Source of the DNA: Candidatus Hydrogenedentota bacterium
GTDB taxonomy: Bacteria > Hydrogenedentota > Hydrogenedentia > Hydrogenedentales > JAEUWI01
Direction of reading: 5' to 3'
DNA length: 64,000 nt
NCBI GenBank assembly: GCA_034669905.1
Contig: JAXMOL010000024.1
Coordinates: forward strand, 32,001 to 96,000
Shown: one piece after another, positions 45,129 to 53,519 of the stretch
How the letters are laid out: every line of letters starts with the position of its first letter
Numbering within the stretch: the stretch's first letter is position 1
Translations under genes and position numbers: made by a program
Notes under the pieces: model-generated
Told to the model about the DNA's origin: nothing
What the model saw: only the letters and a program-made list of their open reading frames with translations
Database searches by the model: none

Positions 45129-45932
45129 TTATGAATCTTTCACTTTGCCCTTAAGCTGGCTGAGTTTTATGCTCGCGTCCTTAAGCTTCTCCGCCTTCTT
45201 CAATTCGTTCAACTTTTCGTCGAGTATGAGCTCAATACCCACCCTCAACGTGTCGAAGTGGGCCAAGCATTCATCCTCATTTAGCTCATGAACGCCGAGA
45301 CTCAGAATCGAATACATAGTCTTATTTTGTACCAGGAACTCAGGTAGGTGCGGTGCAGTCAACTTAATTTTATCCTCCATCCGGGCTTTCTGATATTCTT
45401 CTTCAGCAACGGTACCTTCCTTCAAGCATTCTTCATACGCTTCACGAATTAAGTGCTCAAAAATTCTCCGCAGATACACGAATGAGCCGATTCCGATCCC
45501 GTTCGCAGCGAGTCCAATCGCTCTTGTAAACTCTCCTAGCTTTTGCTCTGGAAGCAGTTTCTTGTATTGCTTAATTTCTGAGATGTGAAAATCGGCTACT
45601 GACGGATGTTGCCCGACCTTTAGTAGTGATTGGCTCTCAGGCATCCAGAATATGAAATACTCAAATACATCATCGGACCGTTTGCATTTGATTCTCACAT
45701 TCCGTATCCCACCTCTGCTATAGAAGGTCGTACTCTGTATGGGCACACTGCCCCCGCTGGCTTCAACGACGAAAGTAGAGTCCTTTCTTTTGTGGGGATT
45801 GTAACCCTCAAACTCCTCCCGGTTTTGAAGTGATGCGAAGATCCTTCGGAAAAACTCCCCCTCGGGGTCAATATGGCGAATCTTGGTGTACAGCGGTGTG
45901 TCGAAGAAGAACTTTTCTAATGTCATTTCCAC
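45129..45932 (-). CDS. Hypothetical protein, possible HEPN/DUF4145-like C-terminus
   Basis: AT-richer ORF; GSFVYLRRIFE and YSILSLGVHEL helical pattern; alternative ATG at 45926. Confidence 0.6.
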   Translation of the reverse strand: MEMTLEKFFFDTPLYTKIRHIDPEGEFFRRIFASLQNREEFEGYNPHKRKDSTFVVEASGGSVPIQSTTFYSRGGIRNVRIKCKRSDDVFEYFIFWMPESQSLLKVGQHPSVADFHISEIKQYKKLLPEQKLGEFTRAIGLAANGIGIGSFVYLRRIFEHLIREAYEECLKEGTVAEEEYQKARMEDKIKLTAPHLPEFLVQNKTMYSILSLGVHELNEDECLAHFDTLRVGIELILDEKLNELKKAEKLKDASIKLSQLKGKVKDS

Positions 45933-46168
45933 GATTGGATGCCCCTTTTCGGCTCATGCTACAGTTCGCTGTTTACTCAATGCGGCGCACTCGAAACGAA
46001 ACTTGGGAGAGTCTGGTTCTCCAGTATCTTCAAAGCATACCAACCCCTCAATAGTGTTGCAATTGTATTCGCGTTCCACACGCACCAAGTAGGGGCCAAC
46101 TTCTAGAATGCCTAGTGAATACGTTTCTGCAGACTGGTCAAACTTGTTCAGGATGCCAGTAAACTCTC

Positions 46169-46208
46169 AAAAGGGCCGCCCACTTGGGCGGCCCTTGGAA
46201 GTCTATTC
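46169..46208 (-). terminator. Intrinsic terminator of the E2-E1 operon
   Basis: aagggccgccca-ct-tgggcggccctt perfect hairpin with A-run, just after the E1 stop. Confidence 0.8.
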
Positions 46209-46225
46209 ATAAGCCGTAATATAGG

Positions 46226-48754
46226 TCAGCAGACATCCATCTTCGAAAGGCTCAGCATCTCCCCCGCGCTGAAATTGTTCGTCGGGGTGTAGCCGGCCAG
46301 GGGCTTGAAGTGGGTGTGGAAAGCGTCGAGGAACCAGTTCACTTGGGGGAAGTATTCCTCTTCCATTTCCGCCGGGGGCACGATCCAGTTTTCGGCACCC
46401 AAGACCACGGCCGGTGCGTCGAGGTGATCGAAGGCCATGGTGCTGATGCGCGACGCGATGGTGTGCATGAAGCTGCCCCGCTCGCAGGCGTCGCTCGCAA
46501 GAATCAGACGGCCGGTCTTCTTCACGGACTGGTACAGCGTGTCGTAGTCGAAGGGCACGAGGCTGCGGCCGTCGATGACTTCCACGGAGAGGCCGTGTTC
46601 GGCTTCGAACTGCTTGGCGGCGTCGAGGGCACGATAGAGGGTCGCGCCGAAGGTGAGGATAGTCAGGTCAGAACCTTCCTTCGCCACGTGGGGCTCGCCG
46701 AGGGGAATGCGGTAGTATTCTTCGGGCACGCCGCCTTCATGGACGGTCTCGGGCACGGTGTAGAGGCGCTGGCTCTCGAAGAAGACGACCGGGTCGTTTC
46801 CGCTGAGAGCCGTGGCCATCATGCCTTTGGCGTCATAGGGCGTTGCCGGGAACACGACCTTGAGTCCGGGGATGTGGGCGCAAAGGGCGGTCCAATCCTG
46901 GGAGTGCTGGGCGCCGTACTTGTTACCCACGGAAACGCGGAGCACGACGGGCATTTTGCAGAAGCCGCCGGACATGGACTGCCACTTGGCCATCTGGTTG
47001 AAAACTTCGTCGCCTGCGCGGCCGAGGAAATCGCAATACATGAGTTCCACGAGGGCCTTGCCGCCTTCGAGGGCATAACCCACACCCGTGCCGACAATCG
47101 CGGCTTCGGAGATGGGCGAGTTGAAGAGGCGGTGATAAGGCAGGGCTTCCGTGAGACCCTGATACACGGCGAATGCGCCACCCCAGTCCCGGTTCTCTTC
47201 ACCATAGGCCACCAGACGGTGATCGTTGTAGAAGTGGTGTACGATGGATTCAAAGATGGCTTCGCCGTAGGTCACGGCCTTCGTGCCCTTGAGCACTTTC
47301 CCGTTCGCGTCGATACCACTGCGGGATTTCTTCGCAATCTGCTTGACCCGGGGAATCTCGCTCATGGGGATGTTCACATCGTCTTCACGACGGAGGCCCG
47401 GAAGGGTTTCGTCGATTTCGTTGCAGAACATCATGTCGGCAATGCCGGTCCGGGGCCCGAGCACGAGGCGGGGCGAGTGGTCATAGTCCACCGCCAGTTT
47501 GCAGGCTTTGGTGCACTTACGGGTGGCATAGGCCTGGACGGCGTCGAGGTCGTCCTGGCTGGCCACGCCGGCGTCGATAAGTTTGCCGCCGAATTCGACG
47601 ATGGCATCGGCCTTGCGCCACATATCGATTTCGTCCCGCTCGCGGTAGGAGGACTGGTCACTCGGGGAGTGTCCGGTCTGGCGGTAACACTGCACGTCGA
47701 GGAGCACGGGGCCCTTGCCGGACTTGATGAGTTCCAGTTTGCGCTGGTAGGCGTCCGCCACGCTGAGGGGGTTGTTGCCGTCCACGGTCTCGGCGTGCAT
47801 GTTGTCGGGGTTCACCGCCGCGCCGATGCGGGCGAGGTGATCAAAGCCCATGGTCTCGCCGATGGGCTGGCCGCCCATGCCGTAGAAGTTGTTCATGAAG
47901 TTGAAGACGATGGGCAGGCCGCCGCGGAATTCTTCTTCCCACAGGCGGGTGAACTGTCCCATGGACGAAAAGCCGAGGGCTTCCCAAACCGGGCCGCAAC
48001 CCATGGAGGCGTCACCGATGTTGGCTACGGTAATGCCACCGGCTTGCTGGACCTTCTTATAGAGGGCCGCACCGGTCGCGATGTCCGCACTACCGCCTAC
48101 GAGGGCGTTGTTGGGGTACACACCGAAGGGCGTAAAGAAGACGTGCATGGAGCCGCCCATACCCTTGTTAAAGCCGGTCTCGCGGCCGAAGATTTCGGCG
48201 AGGAGGCCGTAGAGCAGAAAGTCGACACCGAGTTCTTCTTCGTCGGCCGTCTTAAGCGCGCTCTTCTTGCCCACTTTCAGGCCAGTCCAGTCCGCTTCGT
48301 TCTTCTCAACAATGTTGAGCACGCGACCGTCCCAGAATTCGGACATGAGACTGTTGAGGCCGGTGCCTTTCAGTTCGTCGATGGCACGCATTCCCTTGGC
48401 GATAACTTCGCCGTGGCTCCGGTGGCTACCGAAGATATGGTCATTGACGTTCAGGTGAAAGCACTCGCCCACGGCCGCCGCTTCCTGTCCGGTGGACAAG
48501 TGGGCCGGGCCCGCGTGGTTATAGGCAATGCCTTCGTAGTTCTGAGTCTTCTTGATGCTGTCGAGCATGTTTTCGAATTCGCGGATGACCACCATGTCGC
48601 GGTAGGCGCGCAGCAGGCGCTCCGGCGTGATGGCCTTGTTGCTCTTGAGCTCTTCTTTGACCGTCTTCTTGTAGGCGTTGACCTCGATGGAGCCAAGGTC
48701 AATCGTGTTGGCCTTGCGGACGACCTTCGGGTCTACCATAAGTGGCTTGGGCAT
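46226..48754 (-). CDS. Fused alpha/beta E1 component of a 2-oxoacid dehydrogenase (ThDP-dependent)
   Basis: HLSTGQE, SHRSHG, GMGGSMH, GDA...NN ThDP motif, GHSPSD, NSPISEAAIVG, GAQHSQ; ATG at 48754. Confidence 0.92.
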   Translation of the reverse strand: MPKPLMVDPKVVRKANTIDLGSIEVNAYKKTVKEELKSNKAITPERLLRAYRDMVVIREFENMLDSIKKTQNYEGIAYNHAGPAHLSTGQEAAAVGECFHLNVNDHIFGSHRSHGEVIAKGMRAIDELKGTGLNSLMSEFWDGRVLNIVEKNEADWTGLKVGKKSALKTADEEELGVDFLLYGLLAEIFGRETGFNKGMGGSMHVFFTPFGVYPNNALVGGSADIATGAALYKKVQQAGGITVANIGDASMGCGPVWEALGFSSMGQFTRLWEEEFRGGLPIVFNFMNNFYGMGGQPIGETMGFDHLARIGAAVNPDNMHAETVDGNNPLSVADAYQRKLELIKSGKGPVLLDVQCYRQTGHSPSDQSSYRERDEIDMWRKADAIVEFGGKLIDAGVASQDDLDAVQAYATRKCTKACKLAVDYDHSPRLVLGPRTGIADMMFCNEIDETLPGLRREDDVNIPMSEIPRVKQIAKKSRSGIDANGKVLKGTKAVTYGEAIFESIVHHFYNDHRLVAYGEENRDWGGAFAVYQGLTEALPYHRLFNSPISEAAIVGTGVGYALEGGKALVELMYCDFLGRAGDEVFNQMAKWQSMSGGFCKMPVVLRVSVGNKYGAQHSQDWTALCAHIPGLKVVFPATPYDAKGMMATALSGNDPVVFFESQRLYTVPETVHEGGVPEEYYRIPLGEPHVAKEGSDLTILTFGATLYRALDAAKQFEAEHGLSVEVIDGRSLVPFDYDTLYQSVKKTGRLILASDACERGSFMHTIASRISTMAFDHLDAPAVVLGAENWIVPPAEMEEEYFPQVNWFLDAFHTHFKPLAGYTPTNNFSAGEMLSLSKMDVC

Positions 48755-48823
48755 GGTGGGTTTCCTTAACGGTTTGTTAATTTCAATATCGTGATCGTGC
48801 AATGGCTGCGCGATTGTCTTTTT

Positions 48824-48940
48824 ATGGGTCGTATGAGTCTTATAGGTCGTATACGACCCATTGTTTTCTCGTTACGACGGTCCTCCGTCGTAATGCATAC
48901 CGTTCCGCTCCCGCGGAACTACACAGGCGGGACGCCTGTG
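48824..48940. repeat. Cluster of REP-like palindromes
   Basis: atgggtcgtat...atacgacccat; ttacgacgg-tcct-ccgtcgtaa; cacaggcg-gga-cgcctgtg. Confidence 0.65.
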
Positions 48941-48950
48941 CCACCCTACG

Positions 48951-50300
48951 CTAGAAGTCCGCCGTTTCCAGCAGGGTCTTCAGGTGGCCCATGAACTGGG
49001 CAGCCACGGCGCCGTCGATGACGCGGTGATCGCTGCTCAGGGTCAGTTTCATCATGGGACGAACCTGGATGCCGCCATCAATGACCACGGCCTGCTCTTT
49101 GATCTGGCCAATCGCCAGAATCGCGCTGTCGGGCTGGTTGATGATGGCTGTGAAGGAATCCACGCCAAAGGCGCCGAGGTTCGATACGGTGAAGGTGCTG
49201 CCGGCATAGTCGTCGGGAACCAGCTTACCGGTCCGCGCTTTCTCGGCGAGGGCCTTGCACTCTTTATTAATGTCCTGGAGGGACTTGTTCTGAATGCCCT
49301 TCACGACGGGCACAATAAGCCCGGCTTCCATGGCGACCGCGAAACCAAGGTTGATGGTATCGCGCATTTCGATGGCGTCGCCCAGCCATTTGGCGTTGAC
49401 CATGGGGAAGGCCTGAATGGCCCGGGTCGTGGCGCGCATGACGAGGTCGTTGAAGGAAGGCTTGAAGTTGGGTAGGGCACCGCGGAAGGCCACCGATTCT
49501 TTCATGTCGACGTCGACGGTGATGTAGAAATGGGGGGCGCCAAACTTGCTCTCCACCATGCGCTCGGCAATGATGCGGCGCATGGGCGTAAGGGGAACTA
49601 CTGAGCCCGTGAGGGGCTGGGCAGCCGGTGCGCTCGTGGCGGGCGCGGCGGCGGCAGGTGCGGACGTGGCAGCGGCCACCACATCGTCTTTGGCAACGCG
49701 ACCGGATTGCCCCGGAGCAACCGTCGTGATGTCGATGCCCTGCTCGCGGGCCACACGGCGGGCCGTTGGCGTCGAGCGAACAGAACCCCGCTTCGCGTCG
49801 TAAGCGAGGACGTCTTCTTCGATGATGCGGCCTTCGGGTCCGGAGGCGGAAAGGTGAGCGGGGTCCACATGGAGGCGCTGGGCCGTGGAACGCGCCCGGG
49901 GGGACATGGAACCACTGGCGACAGAAGCGTCGGCCGGTGCGGGTGCTTCGGCGGCAGCGACGGGCGCTTCCACTACCGGCTCGGGGCTGGCAGCGGGTGC
50001 GGCTTCGGCCACCGGGGCTTCGGCACCGTCTACGGCATATTGCGACAGGTCGGGCAGGGCTTCGTCGGCTTCACCTACGAGGGCCACCACCGTCAAGACG
50101 GGCACTTCGACCTCCTCGGGAATGAGAATTTTCCGCAGGATGCCACTTGCCGTGGATTCGGCTTCAATCTCGGCCTTGTCCGTCTGGATGGTGAAGATGG
50201 GCTCGCCCTGTTCGACGGCGTCCCCTTCCTTCTTCAGCCATTGGGTTATCTCGGCCTCTTCCACACTCTGTCCCAATTGGGGTAGTTTAATTTCGTGCAT
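48951..50300 (-). CDS. Dihydrolipoamide acyltransferase (E2)
   Basis: Lipoyl domain QTDKA, two E3-binding-like segments, SNLG, DHRVIDG catalytic motif. Confidence 0.95.
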   Translation of the reverse strand: MHEIKLPQLGQSVEEAEITQWLKKEGDAVEQGEPIFTIQTDKAEIEAESTASGILRKILIPEEVEVPVLTVVALVGEADEALPDLSQYAVDGAEAPVAEAAPAASPEPVVEAPVAAAEAPAPADASVASGSMSPRARSTAQRLHVDPAHLSASGPEGRIIEEDVLAYDAKRGSVRSTPTARRVAREQGIDITTVAPGQSGRVAKDDVVAAATSAPAAAAPATSAPAAQPLTGSVVPLTPMRRIIAERMVESKFGAPHFYITVDVDMKESVAFRGALPNFKPSFNDLVMRATTRAIQAFPMVNAKWLGDAIEMRDTINLGFAVAMEAGLIVPVVKGIQNKSLQDINKECKALAEKARTGKLVPDDYAGSTFTVSNLGAFGVDSFTAIINQPDSAILAIGQIKEQAVVIDGGIQVRPMMKLTLSSDHRVIDGAVAAQFMGHLKTLLETADF

Positions 50301-50548
50301 GGGTTTTCCTGTCGTTTTGGATTATGTTCCGTGCCACCTATGCGGGGCGATGGGACGTATAGGTCCTATAGGTCGTATAAAATTCTGTCAGATTTTTATT
50401 CGCAACGGTATCTACGGGTGCCACCCTCAAGCGTTGTGGCGTAGCCACAGAAGCTTGTGGGTGAACGCTGCGATCACGTTCGTGACCCACACCCACACGC
50501 CACCACCACCGAAACGCCCTGGTCGGCGCAATAGGCTACATATTCTTC

Positions 50549-50712
50549 TCTCGTTCCCAGACTCTGCCTGGGAATGCACATTTTGACGCTCCGCGTCAGC
50601 GCGCTATCGCTGTTGCCTCCGTGTCAACTACCAGGTCTCAAATTATTTCTACAAAACTACTTCGGAGCGGAGCTCCGGGGACTGCATTCCCAAGCGGAGC
50701 TTGGGAACGAGA
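50549..50712. mobile_element. MITE/REP-like element with terminal inverted repeats
   Basis: tctcgttcccag...tgggaatgca at the left; tgcattccca...tgggaacgaga at the right. Confidence 0.7.
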
Positions 50713-50748
50713 TCGCATACTAAATTTCGCCCCGAAAGGGCGGTACAG

Positions 50749-51540
50749 CTATGCCACCACCACCTGAATTCCATTGTCCTGGCAATACTCTTCATACGCC
50801 TCGGGCAATGCGTCATCCGTCACCAGGGTCCCCACCTCCGACAACTTCCCGGCGTGGGCGAAGGTGACCACCCCCACTTTTCCGCGGTCCGCCAACAGCA
50901 CCACCTCGCGGGCACGCTGCATCACCAACTCTTTGGTGTAGGCCTCGCCCGCATCGGTCGTGGTCATGCCTTCCTCCAGCGAAATCCCAATCGTGCCCAT
51001 AAAGGCCCGGTCAATGTGGAGTTCTTCAAGCATGAAACGGGTCAGCGGACCCACCATGGTCTGGCTCAGCCGCCGTAACTCGCCGCCAATCAAAATCAAC
51101 TGGGGACCGCTCCCCGCCAACTCGGAGGCCGCCCGCAGAGAATTGGTCACCACGGTCAGGCCGTCTCGGTCGCGCAAAAGGCGGGCCAGGGCCAAGACCG
51201 TGCTACCGCCATCGAGATAAATTGTCTCACGGGAGCCGATCAGTTCCAGGGCCTTCCGGGCGATACGCTCTTTCTGCCCCGTGGCAATGGCCGTCTTGTC
51301 ATCAAAGCCGGGCTCTTCATAGCGCTTCTTCTTCACCGCCACCGCACCACCATGGACCCGCCGGGCCTCGCCACGGCGCTCCAACTCCTCCAGATCCCGC
51401 CGCACCGTCGCCGGGGAAACTTCCAGCGCCTCGCACAGCTCATCTACCCGAACGACGGTCGATTCGCGTAGAATGGCGCGAAGGCGGTCCAGTCGCTCGG
51501 CGGCGAGCTCTTTGTGCTTTATGGTTCGGGTCGGTGTCAT
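50749..51540 (-). CDS. DeoR/GlpR-family transcriptional regulator
   Basis: VSPATVRRDL HTH, RVHGGA, IYLDGGST, VVTNS. Confidence 0.95.
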   Translation of the reverse strand: MTPTRTIKHKELAAERLDRLRAILRESTVVRVDELCEALEVSPATVRRDLEELERRGEARRVHGGAVAVKKKRYEEPGFDDKTAIATGQKERIARKALELIGSRETIYLDGGSTVLALARLLRDRDGLTVVTNSLRAASELAGSGPQLILIGGELRRLSQTMVGPLTRFMLEELHIDRAFMGTIGISLEEGMTTTDAGEAYTKELVMQRAREVVLLADRGKVGVVTFAHAGKLSEVGTLVTDDALPEAYEEYCQDNGIQVVVA

Positions 51541-51601
51541 GGTTATCTCAACGCGCGCGATAGCAAGATTCCGTCTTCAAACTGAAAGCCTGTGGGGCAA
51601 T

Positions 51602-51685
51602 CGTCATTCCCGCGAAGGCGGGAATCCAGAACGTGGCCGCAGTCCCTCCGCGTGTCACTGGAGCCCCGCCTTCGCGGGGGTGACG
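51602..51685. repeat. Palindromic repeat element (cgtcattcccgcgaaggcgggaatcca type)
   Basis: Inverted ends cgtcattcccgcgaaggcggg ... cccgccttcgcgggggtgacg. Confidence 0.75.
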
Positions 51686-51736
51686 TGCTAGAGGAAACTC
51701 AACGGTTCAAATGAAGATCAAGAATCCGTTCGACAG

Positions 51737-51800
51737 ATTATCTTGCAATTTCATGATAGATTATACTATATTTATGAAAGAAATCAATCACAAACAATCA
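51737..51800 (+). promoter_or_regulatory. AT-rich promoter/operator region between the DeoR gene and the dehydrogenase operon
   Basis: TTGCAA-N18-TATATT; inverted tttcat...atgaaa; repeated aatca. Confidence 0.45.
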
Positions 51801-51838
51801 AGCTCTTGCAAAGAGCGTTATAAGGAAGCGACCACACC

Positions 51839-53107
51839 ATGACCGAAACACGCGCCGTCCGCCTCTATGGCAAGCATGACCTTCGTCTTGAAACCTTTGA
51901 CTTGCCCGCACTTGGAGAGGACGAAATCCTCGCGACCGTTAAAACCAACAGCATCTGCATGTCGGATTACAAGATCTACCAGCAGGGCGGCGATCACAAG
52001 CGGGTTCCCAACGATGTAAGCGAAAAACCCATCATGCTGGGCCACGAGATGTGCGGCGAGATTGTCGAAGTTGGCGCGAAGCACCGGGACAAAGTGAAAG
52101 TCGGGGCCAAGTACAGCCTTCAACCCGCGTTGAATATTCCGGGCCGCGAATTTGACGCCCCTGGCTATTCTTTCCCCTATCTCGGTGGTCATGCCACGAA
52201 AGTCATCATCCCCCGTGAAGTGATGGAGCGCGACTGTCTACTTTCTTATGAGGGCGAAGGCTATTTCCAGGCTTCCCTGGCCGAACCCGTTTCCTGCGTA
52301 GTGGGCGGCTTCAACGTGCAATACCACTTTGAGCACGGCTCCTACGAACACCAGATGGGCATCGACACAAACGGCAATATGGCCCTCCTTGGCGGCACGG
52401 GCCCCATGGGTCTCGGTGCTATCGACTTTGCCATCCACGGGCCAAACAAACCGAAGATTCTTATCGTGACCGACATCGACCAGACGCGCCTCGACCGTGC
52501 GGCCTCCCTCTTTACGGTGGCGGATGCCAAGGCCAATGGCGTGGAGCTTCACTATCTGAACACGGGCGGCGAGAATCCCGTGCAGGATATGAAAGACGTT
52601 TCCGGCGGCAAGGGCTATGCCGATGTATTTGTCTTTGCACCCGTGGCTTCCCTGGTGGAACAGGCCAGCGCGATCATGGGCAACAACGGCTGCCTCAATT
52701 TCTTCGCCGGCCCGACGAATACCGACTTCAAGGCCACCATCAATTTCTACGACGTCCACTACGCGGCTCACCACGTGGCGGCCAACAGTGGCGGCGATAC
52801 GAATGATATGCGGATAGCGCTGAAATACATGAGCGAAGGTAAGTTGAAGCCCGCCGTGATGATTACCCACATCGGCGGCCTGAATGCCTCCGCCGAGACG
52901 ACGGCCAACCTGCCGAACATCCCCGGCGGCAAAAAGCTGATTTACACGAACACCAATCTGCCCCTCTTCGCGATTGCGGACTTACCGACGCTTGGCAAGG
53001 ACGACCCCTTCTACGCGAAGCTCGCGGAGATTTGCGCCAGCAATAATGGCCTGTGGTCCAACGAGGCCGAAGCCTATCTCATGGCCAACGCCCCCGCAAT
53101 TGGATAG
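51839..53107 (+). CDS. Zinc-binding dehydrogenase, L-sorbose-1-phosphate reductase (SorE)-like
   Basis: SICMSD, GHEMCG, LAEPVSC, GGTGPMG, THIGGL, IPGGKKLIY. Confidence 0.85.
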   Translation: MTETRAVRLYGKHDLRLETFDLPALGEDEILATVKTNSICMSDYKIYQQGGDHKRVPNDVSEKPIMLGHEMCGEIVEVGAKHRDKVKVGAKYSLQPALNIPGREFDAPGYSFPYLGGHATKVIIPREVMERDCLLSYEGEGYFQASLAEPVSCVVGGFNVQYHFEHGSYEHQMGIDTNGNMALLGGTGPMGLGAIDFAIHGPNKPKILIVTDIDQTRLDRAASLFTVADAKANGVELHYLNTGGENPVQDMKDVSGGKGYADVFVFAPVASLVEQASAIMGNNGCLNFFAGPTNTDFKATINFYDVHYAAHHVAANSGGDTNDMRIALKYMSEGKLKPAVMITHIGGLNASAETTANLPNIPGGKKLIYTNTNLPLFAIADLPTLGKDDPFYAKLAEICASNNGLWSNEAEAYLMANAPAIG

Positions 53108-53112
53108 AAATA

Positions 53113-53197
53113 CTCCCCTCCCTGGAGGGGCTGGGGGTGGGTTCTGACTCTACGAGAGACGCATTGACCCACCCCTGCCCCCTCCGAGGAGGGGAAT
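53113..53197. repeat. REP-like inverted doublet
   Basis: ctcccctccctggaggggctgggggtggg ... cccacccctgccccctccgaggagggga. Confidence 0.7.
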
Positions 53198-53277
53198 TAA
53201 ATATCTAGTGGGCCTCACCGTCGTGCCTTCGAGTCTGCCAGTAATGTCTTGGCCTCTATACGCCTGAACGGCAAGGC

Positions 53278-53423
53278 TGGGAGCGCAGGCGGCCCGCCTG
53301 CTACGCACCAACGGTGCGTGTGGTTATAGAATTATAGATAGTCCCGAAGGACGATAGATTAACTGGGAATCCATCGTTACGCGTGCCTTTTGGCACGGTG
53401 CAGACGAGCCGTCTGCGCTCCCA
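53278..53423. mobile_element. MITE/REP-like element with 24-bp terminal inverted repeats
   Basis: tgggagcgcaggcggcccgcctgc versus the reverse complement of gcagacgagccgtctgcgctccca (21/24). Confidence 0.7.
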
Positions 53424-53519
53424 ATTGTCTTCGCCTTTTTTGATGGATACCTCGTACTAAGCAAATCAAACGAGCGTTTTTCACACCGATAATCCAAACC
53501 CATTTGGAGCCCTCACATA

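Noticed and set aside
43300..46200. Integron cassette array
   Set aside because: No recognisable attC (RYYYAAC...GTTRRRY) structures between the genes and no integrase.
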